Positions 10,307-23,189 of a stretch of DNA of 64,000 bases are shown piece by piece. Each line of letters opens with the position of its first letter. Within the stretch, counting starts at the first letter, position 1. The DNA comes from an uncultured Planctomycetaceae bacterium. GTDB lineage: Bacteria; Planctomycetota; Planctomycetia; Planctomycetales; Planctomycetaceae. Made by a program: the position numbers and the translations under genes. The DNA lies in assembly GCA_963813715.1 (NCBI GenBank), contig CAWFAK010000005.1:480001-544000 (forward strand), read 5' to 3'. A model generated the notes under the pieces. That model saw only the letters and a program-made list of their open reading frames with translations, had not been told where the DNA came from and made no database searches.

Positions 10307-11077
10307 GTGGCCCTAATCGAAATCCGCGATGTTTCGCGAGTGTATGATCTCGGCGAGGTCAAAGTCGAGGCCCTCATTCGGGCCTCGCTTTCGATCGAAA
10401 GCGGGGAATACGTCGCGCTCATCGGGCCTTCGGGCTCCGGCAAGAGCACGTTGATGAATACGCTGGGGTGCCTGGATCGACCCACTAGCGGTAGTTACCA
10501 GCTGGGCGGCGAAGAGGTTGCAACTATGTCGCGCCAGGAGCGGGCGCATATCCGCAACCGCCGAATTGGGTTCGTGTTCCAGAACTTCAACCTGTTGGCG
10601 CGAACGTCGGCGATCGAGAATGTCGAGTTGCCATTGCTGTACGCCAAAGGCATCTCCGCGTCGGATCGTCGTCGCCGGGCGATCGAAAAGTTGGAGCTGG
10701 TGGGCCTGGCGAATCGAATGCATCATCATCCGAACCAGCTTTCGGGGGGACAGCAACAGCGTGTGGCCATCGCCCGTGCCCTCGTGAACGAACCGGCCAT
10801 CCTGCTGGGCGACGAGCCGACCGGCAACCTCGATTCGCGGACCAGCCGCGAGGTGATCGCCCTGTTCCGGGAACTCAACGAAAAGTCGGGCATCACGATC
10901 ATTCTGGTGACTCACAACCAACGGATCGCCCGCGATGCCAAGCGAACGGTCGTCATGCGCGACGGACACATCGTTTGCGACACGACCGACTTTCGCCTGG
11001 CGGCCGAGGCATTGCGTGAGGACTTGGACGAATACGCCGCAGAGGCCTCCAGCGACGGCGTGGCGACTTCAGGCTGA
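10307..11077 (+). CDS. MacB/LolD-type ABC ATP-binding protein
   Basis: [44 protein letters not shown]. Confidence 0.95.
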   Translation: MALIEIRDVSRVYDLGEVKVEALIRASLSIESGEYVALIGPSGSGKSTLMNTLGCLDRPTSGSYQLGGEEVATMSRQERAHIRNRRIGFVFQNFNLLARTSAIENVELPLLYAKGISASDRRRRAIEKLELVGLANRMHHHPNQLSGGQQQRVAIARALVNEPAILLGDEPTGNLDSRTSREVIALFRELNEKSGITIILVTHNQRIARDAKRTVVMRDGHIVCDTTDFRLAAEALREDLDEYAAEASSDGVATSG

Positions 11078-11185
11078 ACGCCCGCCGAACTGCGACCTCA
11101 CTCACTTTCGACGCGACCACCCGATTCGACCTGACAGCCCAATCGACTCTCCTGTTCGCCGCTATCGCCGGCCGCCCTCGGCTCC

Positions 11186-12145
11186 ATGACTCAAAAAACG
11201 CTGCAGGAATACGCGGAGTGGCTCGACGAGCGGAAGCTCCTCTGGCCGGCACCGCCCAAACGAGTCCCAGTCAAAGCCAAGGCGTACACCGAGCCATTGG
11301 TGGGTATTCGCGGCGTGGCCTTCAATATTTACGGGACTTTGCTGCGAATTTCCGACGGCGAGCTGTTTCTCCGGCATCCCCAGGACGTGCGGATGGAAAT
11401 CGCCCTGGAGAAGACCATCAAAGAATTCGGCATGTGGAACAGCATGACTCGGCAGCCCGGCGCGCCCTGGAAGGGCATGCTCGTCCGCTACGAGCGGGCG
11501 CTGGACGAGCAGCGTCTGTCGACCACGCACGGTCCAGGCGAGATTCCCGAGGCCGACTCCGTGCAGATCTGGATCAAGATGGTTCGGCTATTAGAGCATA
11601 AAGAATATTCGTACGACGTCGCCCAATATGGGCCGCTCGAACAGTTCAGCGAGAAGATCGCCTACTTCTTTCACTCGAGTCTGCAGGGACTGGAAGCCGA
11701 GGAGGGGGCCCTTGCATCGCTAACGAGCCTGTTCCAAGCCGGCATGCGCGTTGGACTTGTGGCCGACGCACAACGCTTCACGCCGGTGCAGATGTTGCGG
11801 GCCTTTCGGCAGCAGGGTACACTCCGCTCGCTGGACGAGTTGTTCGATCCGGCGCTTGTAACCTTGTCCTACCGGGAAGGAGTTCGCAAGCCGTCGCGGT
11901 CGTTGTATCAACACGCCGTCGAACGGTACCGACGGATGGGAATTGCTGCCAGCCAGGTCTTGGCCGTTGGCACGCGGATCCGCGAAGACCTCGCCATCGC
12001 CAAGGAAGTCGGGATGCGGACGGCCCTGTTGGCGGCCGACCGAACGAGCGTGGCCGCCAAGAAAGAGGAGCTGGCCAACCCGGAATTGCGTCCCGATCGG
12101 CTGCTGACCAGCCTCACCCAGCTCCGGGAAATTGTCACTCATTGA
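11186..12145 (+). CDS. HAD-superfamily protein with degenerate catalytic motifs
   Basis: FNIYGTLL (motif I-like), GVRKPS, VGTRIREDLAIAKEVGMRT, PDRLLTSL. Confidence 0.8.
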   Translation: MTQKTLQEYAEWLDERKLLWPAPPKRVPVKAKAYTEPLVGIRGVAFNIYGTLLRISDGELFLRHPQDVRMEIALEKTIKEFGMWNSMTRQPGAPWKGMLVRYERALDEQRLSTTHGPGEIPEADSVQIWIKMVRLLEHKEYSYDVAQYGPLEQFSEKIAYFFHSSLQGLEAEEGALASLTSLFQAGMRVGLVADAQRFTPVQMLRAFRQQGTLRSLDELFDPALVTLSYREGVRKPSRSLYQHAVERYRRMGIAASQVLAVGTRIREDLAIAKEVGMRTALLAADRTSVAAKKEELANPELRPDRLLTSLTQLREIVTH

Positions 12146-12244
12146 CTCGGGCGCGGCGGCTGGCAAGAGAATTGCTGCATTTTGGGGGCGTTCATCTGTC
12201 GCGAGTTGTTCCTCCGTTATCTTTGACTTTGCCCAACGACTGCC

Positions 12245-12760
12245 ATGCCCGCACCACCGCTTTACGATTACTCGAAATTTGACTTCGACAAACCGCTGTT
12301 CAGCATCGACGATATCCGCCGCACCAATCCGCAGCGACATGAAATGGAGCAGTTGAGCGGCGTGGTCTACGTCGACACCGAAAACCACGGCGTCGTCGGA
12401 TTCAAGGACATCACCGAGCACGAGTTCTGGAGCCGGGGACACATGCCCGGCTACCCGATCATGCCCGGAGTCGTGCTGTGCGAATGCGCGGCCCAGCTGG
12501 CCGGTTTCTACGCCCGCAAATACGACGTGCTGCGGGGAGATTTCTTGGGCTTCGGCGGCATGGACGACGTGCGTTTCCGCTCGCCGGTCTTACCTCCGTG
12601 CCGATTGATTTTGGTGGCCAAACTCACACTGAACCGTCCGCCGCGTCGCGCGGAATTCGCGTTCCAAGGTTTCGTGAAGGAGCGAATGATCTTCAGCGGC
12701 ACGATGATCGGCGTGCCCATTCACGTCAGCGACCATGTCGGGCACGCTCCCAACGATTGA
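12245..12760 (+). CDS. fabZ: 3-hydroxyacyl-ACP dehydratase (FabZ/FabA hotdog family)
   Basis: GHMPGYPIMPGVVLCECAAQ, VRFRSPVLP. Confidence 0.85.
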   Translation: MPAPPLYDYSKFDFDKPLFSIDDIRRTNPQRHEMEQLSGVVYVDTENHGVVGFKDITEHEFWSRGHMPGYPIMPGVVLCECAAQLAGFYARKYDVLRGDFLGFGGMDDVRFRSPVLPPCRLILVAKLTLNRPPRRAEFAFQGFVKERMIFSGTMIGVPIHVSDHVGHAPND

Positions 12761-12762
12761 AC

Positions 12763-13392
12763 ATGAATTCCCCGCCCCCGCCCCTGCTGGACCTCAAGCC
12801 GTATTTCCTCACGCTCAACGATCTCTCGGCGCCGCTCGACTGGCCGGCCTTCTTCGGGAACGAGAATCCGGTCGAGCTGGATGTCGGCTGCGGCCGAGGA
12901 CTGTTCCTCTTCACCGCCTCGACATCGAATCCCGCGGTCAACTACCTGGGGCTGGAGCTCGATTATCACGAAGGGCGACGGGCCGCCAAGCGATTGTGGA
13001 AGCGCGAGCAGCCCAATGCGCGGGTGCTCGGCGGCGACGCGCGAATCGCCTTGGCCAAGCTCATCACGCCCCAATCGGTTGCCGCGGTGCACGTCTATTT
13101 CCCCGACCCGTGGTGGAAGCGGCGGCACAAGCGGCGGCGATTATTCACGGACGAATTTGTCGATCTAGCGGCCAGGGTGCTGCAGAGAGGCGGCTTGTTC
13201 CATTCCTGGACCGACGTGGAAGAATATTTCGGCGTGATTCGCGCTCTGATGGATCATCATCCGGCGTTCCAAAAGCTTCCGCCGCCCGAGGAGATTCGGC
13301 CGGCGCACGATCTCGATTACCGCACGAGCTTCGAGCGGAAAAAACGTCAGCTCGGCGCCACGATCTCTCGGGGGTTGTGGAAAAAGATGTGA
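12763..13392 (+). CDS. trmB: tRNA (guanine-N7)-methyltransferase
   Basis: ELDVGCGRG, YFPDPWWKRRHKRRR, TDVEEY, TSFERK. Confidence 0.93.
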   Translation: MNSPPPPLLDLKPYFLTLNDLSAPLDWPAFFGNENPVELDVGCGRGLFLFTASTSNPAVNYLGLELDYHEGRRAAKRLWKREQPNARVLGGDARIALAKLITPQSVAAVHVYFPDPWWKRRHKRRRLFTDEFVDLAARVLQRGGLFHSWTDVEEYFGVIRALMDHHPAFQKLPPPEEIRPAHDLDYRTSFERKKRQLGATISRGLWKKM

Positions 13393-13404
13393 CGGCCGGC
13401 GCCG

Positions 13405-14569
13405 TCACTCAAAGAGCGCGATACTCGCCGTGAAGCCGTGCAGATAATTCCGGTCGCCGATGGGGCCGATTTCGCCCTCGGCGAAAAAGCCCGCCAGCGG
13501 AATCGGGCCGGCGCTTTGCTGTACGGCCCCCGCGTCGTGATTGGGTGCCGAGAAGAGTCGCGTGCCCCGTCCGTTGCAGCTAAAAAGCAGCCCGGCTTGC
13601 GCGCGAGCGGCGTGGGCGGCCCGGTCGGTCTCCAACAACCCGCGCAGATCCTCGTCAGCCGTGTCGGCATCGCGAACGTGGAAACGAACCGTCTGCCCCA
13701 CACGAACCTGCGACCCCAGGGCGATCGATCCGGTTCCCGAGTCGGCTCCGATCACGTTAGAGATCAAAAAGTCGCCCCGTTCGAATCGATCCTGATATTC
13801 GTCCATCGCCAGACCGAGATGCGGCCCCCTCCGCACGAGCTCGGCATCACGGTCGGACAGCGTGTCGAACATTTCGCGCAACCGCTGCATCGGCGGCACT
13901 CCGCCCAAGGCGTGGACCACGTTCCCCTCCGCCCGCGTAACGACGTAATGCGTGCCGACCGGTCGGCAGCCCTGCGAAACGACTGAGCGAACGAGAGGAC
14001 CGCCACGAACGATCAGTCCGATCGCTCCGTGACGAACATCATGCGAGTTGTAGAACAGTCGATTTTCGCCCGCGCGGTGTCCGCCGCTCGCCATGCCTCC
14101 CAATACCGGAGCGCCGGCAGCTTCGGCATCGCAGTGGTCGAGCACGGTATGCGGCGCCGAGCTGAAAGGATCCGCCAGCAAAAAGACGGCCCGCAAATCC
14201 GGCTCTTTACTGCCAAATTCCGGCAGGCCGCTCGTCACGATGCCGTCGACCGTCCGCTCGAAATTGACGACGAACGGCTCGATGCGCGCCCCCGGCAATA
14301 GGGCCGCCCAGAGGCTGAGCAGGGCCCGACTCGATCTCGTTCGACCCTCCGATAATCGTCTCGCCCGTGCAGCCGATGAGTACTTTGGTGCCGGTCGCTT
14401 CGCAGATCCGCGAGGCCAACCGGGAAAACGCGTCTTGATGGGCGTGATTGACGAACAGGAACGAAATGTCCGGTTCGGCGCCGCGCAGCGCTCCGCGGAC
14501 CTCTTCCATCACCGAGCGGATGGCATCGGACGTGTTGGTCGCGCGGGAGAGGCTGGCGGCAAACGGCAT
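13405..14569 (-). CDS. FIST-domain signal transduction protein (frameshift ~14320)
   Basis: IGCTGE, LADPFS, GGMASGG, VSQGCRPVG, FSCNGRG, GFFAEGEIGP, LHGFTAS split across two ORFs. Confidence 0.9.
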
Positions 14570-14817
14570 GGAGTACGCAATTCCTTGGGGCCGCGCTCCT
14601 TAGGCGCCCGGGTGCGTCGCGGAAAGGGACGCCGATCGACTTGAAAAGCTAAACAAAATCGCCCCTCGACGCGTATCTTACCGCGTATGGCGCGGCCCTG
14701 TCATTCCGAGTCACGCGGTGGGTAGCACGGGGGATTCGAGCCCCTGATTGCCCCGCACTGGTAGAATTGCCGTTGTCGGCCTCGTCAGAGGCAATTGGGG
14801 CTGCCGGGAGGCATATC

Positions 14818-15867
14818 GTGTTTAGTCCGCGAATCCGCACCAAGTCGCTGGTCATCGTGTGCCGCAGCCTGGCCACGATGATCGATGCCGGCATTCCCAT
14901 CGGCAAAGCCTTCGAGCTCGCCTCCAAGAAGTCCGGCGATCTCCGCTCGACGCACGCCATGATCGAGATTGCGGCTGACTTGCGTCGCGGACTCGACGTG
15001 ACCGAGGCGATGCGAGCTCGCGGCCTGGCCTTCCCCGAAACGATGATCGAGCTGGTGGGCGTCGCCGAGCAAACGGGCAACTTGCCCGAGGTGCTCAAAT
15101 CGCTGGCGGGGCACTACGAAAATACCGTCCGGCTGCGGCGGGAGTTTGTCTCGAAGATCACCTTTCCGGCCTTTCAGCTGGTGGCGGCCATCCTGGTCAT
15201 CGCGTTGATGCTCTACATTCTGGGGATCATCGCCGAGGCTCACCCGGGCTCCAAACCGGTCGACATTCTCGGCCTCGGCTTGTACGGATCCCGCGGCGCG
15301 CTCATCTGGCTGGCGACCACGTTTGGCTCGCTGCTCGGCGCCATCGTCCTGGGAATCGTGATTCGGCGTTCGCTCTTGGGACAACGGGTCTTCGACTCGT
15401 TCATGCTGCAGATCCCGGTGATCGGCTGGTGCCTGCGCTCGTTCGCGATCGCTCGATTTTCTTGGTCGTTCGCGTTGACGCAGCAAGCCGGTATGTCGAT
15501 TGAACCGAGTCTGACCGCCAGCTTCAAAGCGACCTCGAACGGCGCCTTTCTGAAAGCGTCGCCCCACGTGTGGGCTGCCGTCCGCGAGGGAGAAACCCTG
15601 CACTCCGCGCTCGAAGAGACGCAGCTGTTCCCCGTCGACTACCTGCACATCATCGACGTGGCCGAGACCACCGGCACCGTGCCCGAAACGCTGGAACGGA
15701 TCAGCCCCGAGCTGGAGGGTCAGGCCCGCCGTGCGATGGACATGCTGGCCTCAGCGGCGGCCTGGTCGATCTGGTGCCTGGTGGCCACGTTCATCGTGTT
15801 CCTGATCTTCCGCGTTGCCATGTTCTACATCGGCCAGCTGAACGACGCGGTCAACATGGCAAGGTGA
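14818..15867 (+). CDS. Type II secretion/type IV pilus platform protein (GspF/PilC family)
   Basis: [33 protein letters not shown] and TM segments. GGGAGG before GTG at 14818. Confidence 0.88.
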   Translation: MFSPRIRTKSLVIVCRSLATMIDAGIPIGKAFELASKKSGDLRSTHAMIEIAADLRRGLDVTEAMRARGLAFPETMIELVGVAEQTGNLPEVLKSLAGHYENTVRLRREFVSKITFPAFQLVAAILVIALMLYILGIIAEAHPGSKPVDILGLGLYGSRGALIWLATTFGSLLGAIVLGIVIRRSLLGQRVFDSFMLQIPVIGWCLRSFAIARFSWSFALTQQAGMSIEPSLTASFKATSNGAFLKASPHVWAAVREGETLHSALEETQLFPVDYLHIIDVAETTGTVPETLERISPELEGQARRAMDMLASAAAWSIWCLVATFIVFLIFRVAMFYIGQLNDAVNMAR

Positions 15868-15997
15868 CACGCTCGCGCCGGCGGCGCTTGCCTCAGATTT
15901 CTTCCGCCTGGGGAATCCGGGGCACGTTTGTCCACTCTCCCATTGCGGAGCCGATGGGCCACATCGTAGCCTGGGAGGAGCAATTGGGCCTCAATCC

Positions 15998-18936
15998 ATG
16001 AACGATCCGCGAAGCTCGGACGATCGCTCTCTCGACCTGCCGGCCTCGACCATGATTGGCGGTGTCGCCGGCGCCGGCCCGCCGCCGCGCGAAAGGGTCG
16101 GCAGCGTCATCGGGCCGTACAAGCTCCAGCAGCAGCTTGGCGAGGGCGGCTTCGGCATCGTCTACATGGCCGAGCAGGAAAAGCCGGTCCGCCGCATTGT
16201 CGCCCTCAAGATCATCAAGCCGGGCATGGACACGGCCCAGGTGATCGCCCGCTTTGAGTCGGAGCGGCAGGCTCTGGCCCTGATGGATCACCCCAATATC
16301 GCCCGCGTGCTCGACGCCGGCGCGACCGATTCGGGCCATCCCTACTTCGTGATGGAACTGGTCCGCGGCGTGCCCATCACCGAGTTCTGTGACAAGAACC
16401 ACTCGTCGCCCGAGGAACGACTCAAGCTTTTCATTGACGTCTGCCACGCGATTCAGCACGCGCATCACAAAGGAGTTATTCATCGCGACATCAAGCCGTC
16501 GAACGTGCTGGTAACGCTGCACGACGGTGTGCCCGTCGTGAAGGTCATCGACTTCGGGGTCGCCAAAGCAACCGTGCAGAAGCTGACTGAGAAGACGTTG
16601 TTTACAGCGTTCGGCCAGATGCTCGGCACTCCCGCTTACATGAGCCCCGAGCAAGCCGAGATGAGCGGCCTCGACATCGACACCCGTAGCGACGTCTATT
16701 CGCTCGGCGTACTGCTTTATGAGTTACTGACCGGAACGACGCCGATCGAGGCCGCCAAGTTGCGGGCCGCCGGTTACGCGGAAATGCAGCGCCTCATCCG
16801 CGAGCAGGACGCACCGCGCCCGAGCACGCGGTTTTCCAAGCTCGGAGACACGGCCACGATCGTGGCGGGCAATCGGGGTGTTGACGTCAAACGGCTCGTG
16901 CAACTGCTCGCGGGCGACCTCGACTGGGTGGTGATGAAGGCGCTCGAGAAGGACCGTAACCGCCGCTACGACACGCCCGGGGGGTTCGCCGACGACGTCC
17001 AACGCTATCTCCGCCGCGAAGCGATCGTCGCCCGGCCTCCGTCGACGCCTTACAAAGTCCGGAAATTCGCCCAGCGAAATCGGGGCACCGTGGTGACCGT
17101 GACCGTCGTCGCCATCGCGCTCTTGGCGGGTATTGTCGTCTCGACGTGGCAGGCGCTGCGGGCACGGCGCGCCGAAGCGGCGGCGATCGTGGCCGCCGAC
17201 GAGGCGCGGGCCAGTGAAGCAGAAACAAAGGAGGCGCTCTTGCGCGCACGCGCGCGGAGGCCGCGGCTCATGCCGCCGCCAACGAAGCTCGCGCTCGCGA
17301 GGCCGAGACCAAAGTCGCCCTCACGCGCGCGACCCGTGCCGAAGCGTCTGCCCAATCCGCCGCCAACGAGGCGCGGGCTCGCGAGGCGGAGTCCAAAGCG
17401 GTTGTCAGCTTTGTCGAGAACCAGGTCTTTGCCGCCGCGCGGCCGACAGGACAAGAAGGCGGCCTCGGACGCGATGTCACAATGGGAAAGGCGATCGAGT
17501 CGGCGGTGCCTTACGTCACCAAGAGTTTTCCCAGCCAGCCCCTGATTGAAGCCAAGCTGCGTTTGACGCTCGGGAAGTCGTTCTATTTCCTGGGCGAGGC
17601 ACAGAAGGCCGCCGAACAAGAGGAGGCGGCCCGCGCCATCTACACGCGCTTGTTGGGGCCCGACGACCCGTTGACGCTGTATGCGATGCACAATCTGGCC
17701 AGCAGCTATAGCGTGCTCGGTCGCGTCGACGAGGCCCTCCGGCTCCGCGAGGCAACGCTCGCCTTGCGCCGCACGAAGCTCGGTCCTGACAACCCGGAAA
17801 CACTTGCCAGCATGAACAATCTCGCGCTGAGCTACGGCGACGCCGGCCGGAACGCCGACGCGCTCAAGCTGCGGGAAGAGACTCTGGCGCGATTCAAGGC
17901 AACGGAGGGGCCCACCCACGCCGACACCTTGATGGCGATGAACAACCTGGCCAATGCCTATTTCGCGCTGAACCGATATGAGGAGGCGCTCAAACTGCGC
18001 GAGGAGGCATTCGCCCTCTACAAATCCAAGATCGGACTCGACCACCCCGACACGCTGCGGGCCATGGGTAACCTGGCCAGCAGTCTTTCGATGGCCGGAC
18101 GCAACGACGAGGCCCTCAAGCTCCGCGAGGAAACGCTGGCGCTTCGCAAAGCCAAACTCGGCCCCGACCATCCTTCTACACTGATCAGCATGAGCGCCTT
18201 GGGCGATAGTTACGAGAGCCTGGGCCGCCATGCGGACGCACTGAAGATCCGCGAGGAGAACCTGGCACTGCGCAAAGCCAAGCTCGGCCCCGACCATCCT
18301 GACACGCTGTTCAGTATGAACAACCTCGCGGACTCCTACGCCGCCCTGGGGCGTGACGCCGACGCACTGAAACTCCGTGAGGAAACGTTCGCACTGCGGA
18401 GGGCCAAGCTGGGCGCCGACCATCCCGACACGCTGATTACCATGTCGGAACTGGCGGAAAGCATGGTGGCGGCCAATCGCAGCCAGGAAGCGTCGCCGAT
18501 GATCGACGAGTGCCTCCGTCTCGCCGCTGGGAAGAATGTCGATTCGAGCGTCCTTTTCAGCGCGTACAACGCGCGCCTGCGGATTTACGAAAAGGCGAAG
18601 GATGCCGCCGGTTGCCGCCAGACCGCCGAGACCTGGGAAAAGCTCAACCGCACCGATCCCGACAGCTTGTACACGGCCGCCTGCTTCCGCTCGATAACGG
18701 CGTTCCTGCTTCGGGCCGCCGACAAGTCTCCTGGCGCCAACGCTCCGTCCGACGAAGAGGCCAACCGCGCCATGGCTTGGCTGAAGCAAGCCATCGCGGC
18801 CGGCTTCAAGAACGCGGCACACATGAAAGAGGACAAAGACCTCGACGCCCTCCGCAGCCGCGAGGACTTCAAGAAAATGATGGCCACGATGGAAGGGGCA
18901 AACACCAAGGCGTCCTCGGCCGCTGCCGCAAAGTGA
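15998..18936 (+). CDS. Ser/Thr protein kinase with TM segment and C-terminal TPR repeats (frameshift ~17250)
   Basis: [30 protein letters not shown]; seven GxDxP-type 42-aa TPR repeats in ORF 17482-18936. Confidence 0.92.
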
Positions 18937-18996
18937 CTCACTGCGGCTCGTGCCGAAGGCGATACGACACAGCCCATTGTCATGAAAGGCGATTGA

Positions 18997-21811
18997 GTGG
19001 CCAACCTCGACGACGAAGCCGAACGACTCTGGACCGTCGGCCGCGCCGGTGAGGTGCTCGCCTACCTCGACGGTCACGATCTCGTCGTCCCCGCGGACAA
19101 TCTGAAACGCTGGACGAGTTGGCAACCCCGATTCCATTCGGCTCTGGGCGATGACGATCCGTCGACGCTCGCGGTCCGCGGCAAGATCGCTCACTGGACC
19201 GGAAAATCCGGCGACGTGCCCGAGGCACTGCGACTCTTCCAGGAGCTTTTACCCCACCAGGCGCGCGTACTCGGACCCGAGGATCCCCAGACGCTTGTGA
19301 CTCGTCGCAACATCGCCATCTGGACCGGCGAATGCGGGGATGCCCGGGCTGCGCATCAGCTGTTCGAGGAACTTTTGCCGGCCCAGAGCCGAGTCTTGGG
19401 ACCCGACCATACGGACACGTTGACCACCCGGAGCAACGCCGCGTACTGGAGATTTAGAACGGGCGATCAGCGGGCAGCGCTACAATTGCTGACGGAGCTG
19501 TTGCCTCGGCACGAACAGGCCTTGGGCCCCGACCACCCGGAAGTTCTCTGGACGCGCAGCCGTATCGCGGTGGGCACACTGGAGCTGCGCCAGGTGGACC
19601 AGGCCATGCCGCTCCTCCAACAGGTGCTGGCCGACCGGACGCGCGCCCTGGGTGCCGATCATCCGGATACGCTGTCGACCCGCGGCAACATTGCCACCTG
19701 CTTCGGCCGGAAAGGGGACGTGCGCGAGGCGCTACGGCTGCTCGAGGAACTGCTCCCCGACCGCGTCCGCATCCTCGGGCCGGACCATCGCGACACTCTG
19801 ACCAATCGCGGCAACATCGCGATGTGGACCAGCCAGACCGGGGAGCTGAGAGAGGCCCTGCGCCTGCAGATCGAGCTGCTCCCGGACCAGATCCGTGTCT
19901 TCGGGCCGGACCATCCCAACGCGCTTGCCGCCCGCAACAACCTCGCGCATCTGACGGGAAGGACCGGCGACACGCACGGGGCCCTGCGTCTCTTTCGGGA
20001 ATTGGTGCCGGACGAGGAGCGGGTCCATGGGGCCGTTCATCCGTCCGCGCTGACGGCGCGCAACAACCTCGCGCACTGGACGGGCGAGGCCGGAGACATC
20101 CACGAAGCGCAGCGCCTGTTCACGCAAGTCGTGGCCGACCGCATTCGGCTCCGTGGGGCGGATCATCCGGAAACGCTCCTGGCCCGCAACAACCTCGCCG
20201 CCTGGATCGGACGCAACGGCGACCCGCGGGAGGCGCTGAGACTCCTCGAGGATCTCTTGCCGGACACTCAACGCGTGATGGGTCCCGAGCATCATCAAAC
20301 GCTGGCTGTGTTGAACAACTTCGCCCAATATTCCGGCCGCAGCGGCGACCCGCGCAAGGCGGCTCGGCTCTTCCAGGAACTCGTCCCTCTCCGCAGCCGG
20401 GTTCTGGGCCCCAATCATCCGGAGACCTTGACCGCCCGGCAGAATCTGGCCACGTGGACCGGACAGGCAGGTAACGGTCGCGAAGCACTGCGGTTGCATG
20501 CCGAACTATTCCGCGACCAGGAGCGGATCCTCGGGCCCGATCACCCTTCGACGCTGGTGACGCGGAATAATCTTTCCCTCAGCACCAACCGCGCAGGCGA
20601 CCCTCGCGAAGCGCGCAAGCTGCAGAGCCGGCTCGTCGGCGACTACGAGCGGATCTCGGGCGCGACCACCCCACAACGCTCACGGCGCGCGCCAACCTCG
20701 CCACTTTGAGTGGACAGTGCGGCGACGTGCACGAGGCCGCGGAGATCTTCCACAACCTCGTGCCCGACCAGCAACGCGTGCTGGGGCCACAGCATCCGGA
20801 AACTCTCCGAAGCCGTTCGAAACCTCGCCCAATTCACCGGCGATTTGGGAAACGCACGCGAGGCGCTGCGCCTGTTCGAGGAACTCTTGCCCGACCGAGT
20901 TGCCGTGCTGGGAGCCGATCATCCCGACACGCTGTTGACGCGGCACAATATCGCCCATTGGACGCACGAGTGCGGGGATTCCCGGACTGCCGTCCGCCTT
21001 TATCAAAACCTCTTACCCGATACGATTCGCGTTCTTGGTCCCGATCATCCCGACACCCTGAGGACCGTCAACAATCTCGCGCAAATGACGGGTGCGCTCG
21101 GCAAGTCGCAAGAACGCACTCGAACTCTCACAAGCGAATTTGGACGAAAAGGTGCGAGTTTGCGGTCCCGATCACCCCGAGACTTTGACCGCGCGCAATA
21201 ACGTCGCGCATTGGACGAGCGAGACCGGCGACCCGCGCAAAGCCTTGCAACTCTATCAAGAGCTCCGGCCCGACCAGGAGCGAGTCCTGGGGACGGATCA
21301 TCCCAGCACGCTGCGAACTCGTGGCAACATCGCGCATCTCGTCGGCGAACTCGGCGATGCAACGCGAGCCGTGGCGCTTCACCGCGGGCTCTTGGCCGAT
21401 CGAGATCGCATCCTTGGCCCCGACCATCCGGAGACGTTGACCACTCGCAATAACTTGGGTCATTGGCTCGCAAAAGTCGGCGATCGCCAGGAAGAACTGC
21501 GCGTCTATGAACAGCTTGTGCGCGACAGCGAGCGCATCCTCGGCCCGGCGCATCCCGACACGCTGCGAGCCCGAGCCAACTATGCGGTCGCACTGGTCGA
21601 GACAGGAAAGCGCGCCCAGGGTCTGGCGATGCTGAAGGAAGTCCTGCCCGAAAGGGAAAGCCTCCTGGGGGCGAATCATCCGGACATTCGACTGTTGCGC
21701 AACAACATCGACATTATCAGCAAGGCGCGACCAGGTGCCGTCGGCCCTCTTGCCCGGATGGCTGGATGGATCAGGCAGCTCATCGGGCGGCTGTGGCGAC
21801 CGTCGCCCTGA
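18997..21811 (+). CDS. Large tandem TPR protein (~21 repeats of 42 aa; frameshifts ~20655, ~20820, ~21110)
   Basis: Repeated [24 protein letters not shown] units continue through ORFs 18997, 20706, 20710 and 21092. Confidence 0.88.
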
Positions 21812-21943
21812 GAACTGAGCGCGGAACTCCCTGAGAGACGATCAAGCGAGGCGGGCACTCCGGGGGGTGGCGCTCATGCCTCACGTCGGCACGCGAGCCG
21901 CAGGTTCTGAACAGCACGACGCGCTCAGGCTCGTTCGACGCGG

Positions 21944-23131
21944 TCATTTGTCGTCGAGCAGTTCAACGGCCTCGAAGCGTTTGCCTTCCATCAGCTCCAA
22001 GCTGGCGCCGCCCCCCGTGCTGACGTGCGTGACTTTGTCAGCCAGGCCAAGTTGCTGGATGGCCGCCGCGCTATCGCCTCCGCCAATAATGCTCGTCGCG
22101 TGGCTGTTGGCCACAGCCTCGGCCACCGCGCGGGTGCCGGCATCGAAGGGAGGCATCTCGAAGACGCCCATCGGGCCGTTCCAGATGACGGTCTTCGCCG
22201 TGCGAATCGTGTCGGCAAACAGGCGGGCCGTCTGCGGTCCGATGTCCAACCCTTCGTAACCGTCGGGGATTTGCCCCGAGGCGACGACCTGCTTGTTGCA
22301 GTCGGCACTGAAGGCGTCGCCGCAGTGCGTATCGACGGGCAGCATCAACTTGCCCGCGCCGATTTTCAGCAGCTCGCGGGCGAGCTCGATTTTGTCGGGT
22401 TCGACCAGGCTCTTGCCGACCTTCCCGCCTTGGGCCAGCGAGAAGGTATAGGCCATCGCCCCGCCGACGAGCACACGGTCGCAGACCGGCAACAGATTGC
22501 GGATGACATTGATCTTATCGGAGACCTTGGCCCCGCCGAGGATTGCTAGGAAAGGTCGCTCAGGATGGGCGATCGTCTCCAGGAGATATTGCAACTCCTT
22601 GGCAACCAGGAAGCCCATCACCTTGGGTTTGTTGCCCATCGCCTTGGGAACGGCGACCATCGAGGCATCGGTGCGGTGGCAGGTGCCGAAGGCGTCGTTG
22701 CAATAGATATCGCCCAGCGCGGCCAGCGCGCGGGCGAACTCGGTGTCGCCGGCTTGCTCACCCGCATAGAACCGCACGTTCTCCAGAAGCAACACGCCCC
22801 CCGACTTGAGCGCCGCCGCCTTCGCCTTCGCATCGTCGCCGATCGCGTCTGGGGCAAAGTCGACCGGACGCTTGAGCAACTCGGCAAGCCGCGTGGCGAC
22901 AGGTTTCAGGCTGTATTTCGGCTCGGGTCCTTTGCCTTTGGGCCGTCCGAGGTGGCTCATCAGGATCAACTTGCCGCCGCGCGACAGAACCGACTCGATC
23001 GTCGGCAGCGCCATTCGAATCCGCAGGTCGTCGGTAATCTGCTGCTGGTCATCAAGAGGCACGTTGAAATCGACCCGCATGAGCACTGTGCGACCGTTGA
23101 CATCAACGTCGGCAATCGAACGCTTGGGCAT
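21944..23131 (-). CDS. pgk: Phosphoglycerate kinase
   Basis: [49 protein letters not shown]. Confidence 0.98.
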   Translation of the reverse strand: MPKRSIADVDVNGRTVLMRVDFNVPLDDQQQITDDLRIRMALPTIESVLSRGGKLILMSHLGRPKGKGPEPKYSLKPVATRLAELLKRPVDFAPDAIGDDAKAKAAALKSGGVLLLENVRFYAGEQAGDTEFARALAALGDIYCNDAFGTCHRTDASMVAVPKAMGNKPKVMGFLVAKELQYLLETIAHPERPFLAILGGAKVSDKINVIRNLLPVCDRVLVGGAMAYTFSLAQGGKVGKSLVEPDKIELARELLKIGAGKLMLPVDTHCGDAFSADCNKQVVASGQIPDGYEGLDIGPQTARLFADTIRTAKTVIWNGPMGVFEMPPFDAGTRAVAEAVANSHATSIIGGGDSAAAIQQLGLADKVTHVSTGGGASLELMEGKRFEAVELLDDK

Positions 23132-23189
23132 GAGGAAACTCGAATCTCCAGGAATCGGGACGAGGGGAAGTCGCGTCGCCCCAGCGCGA

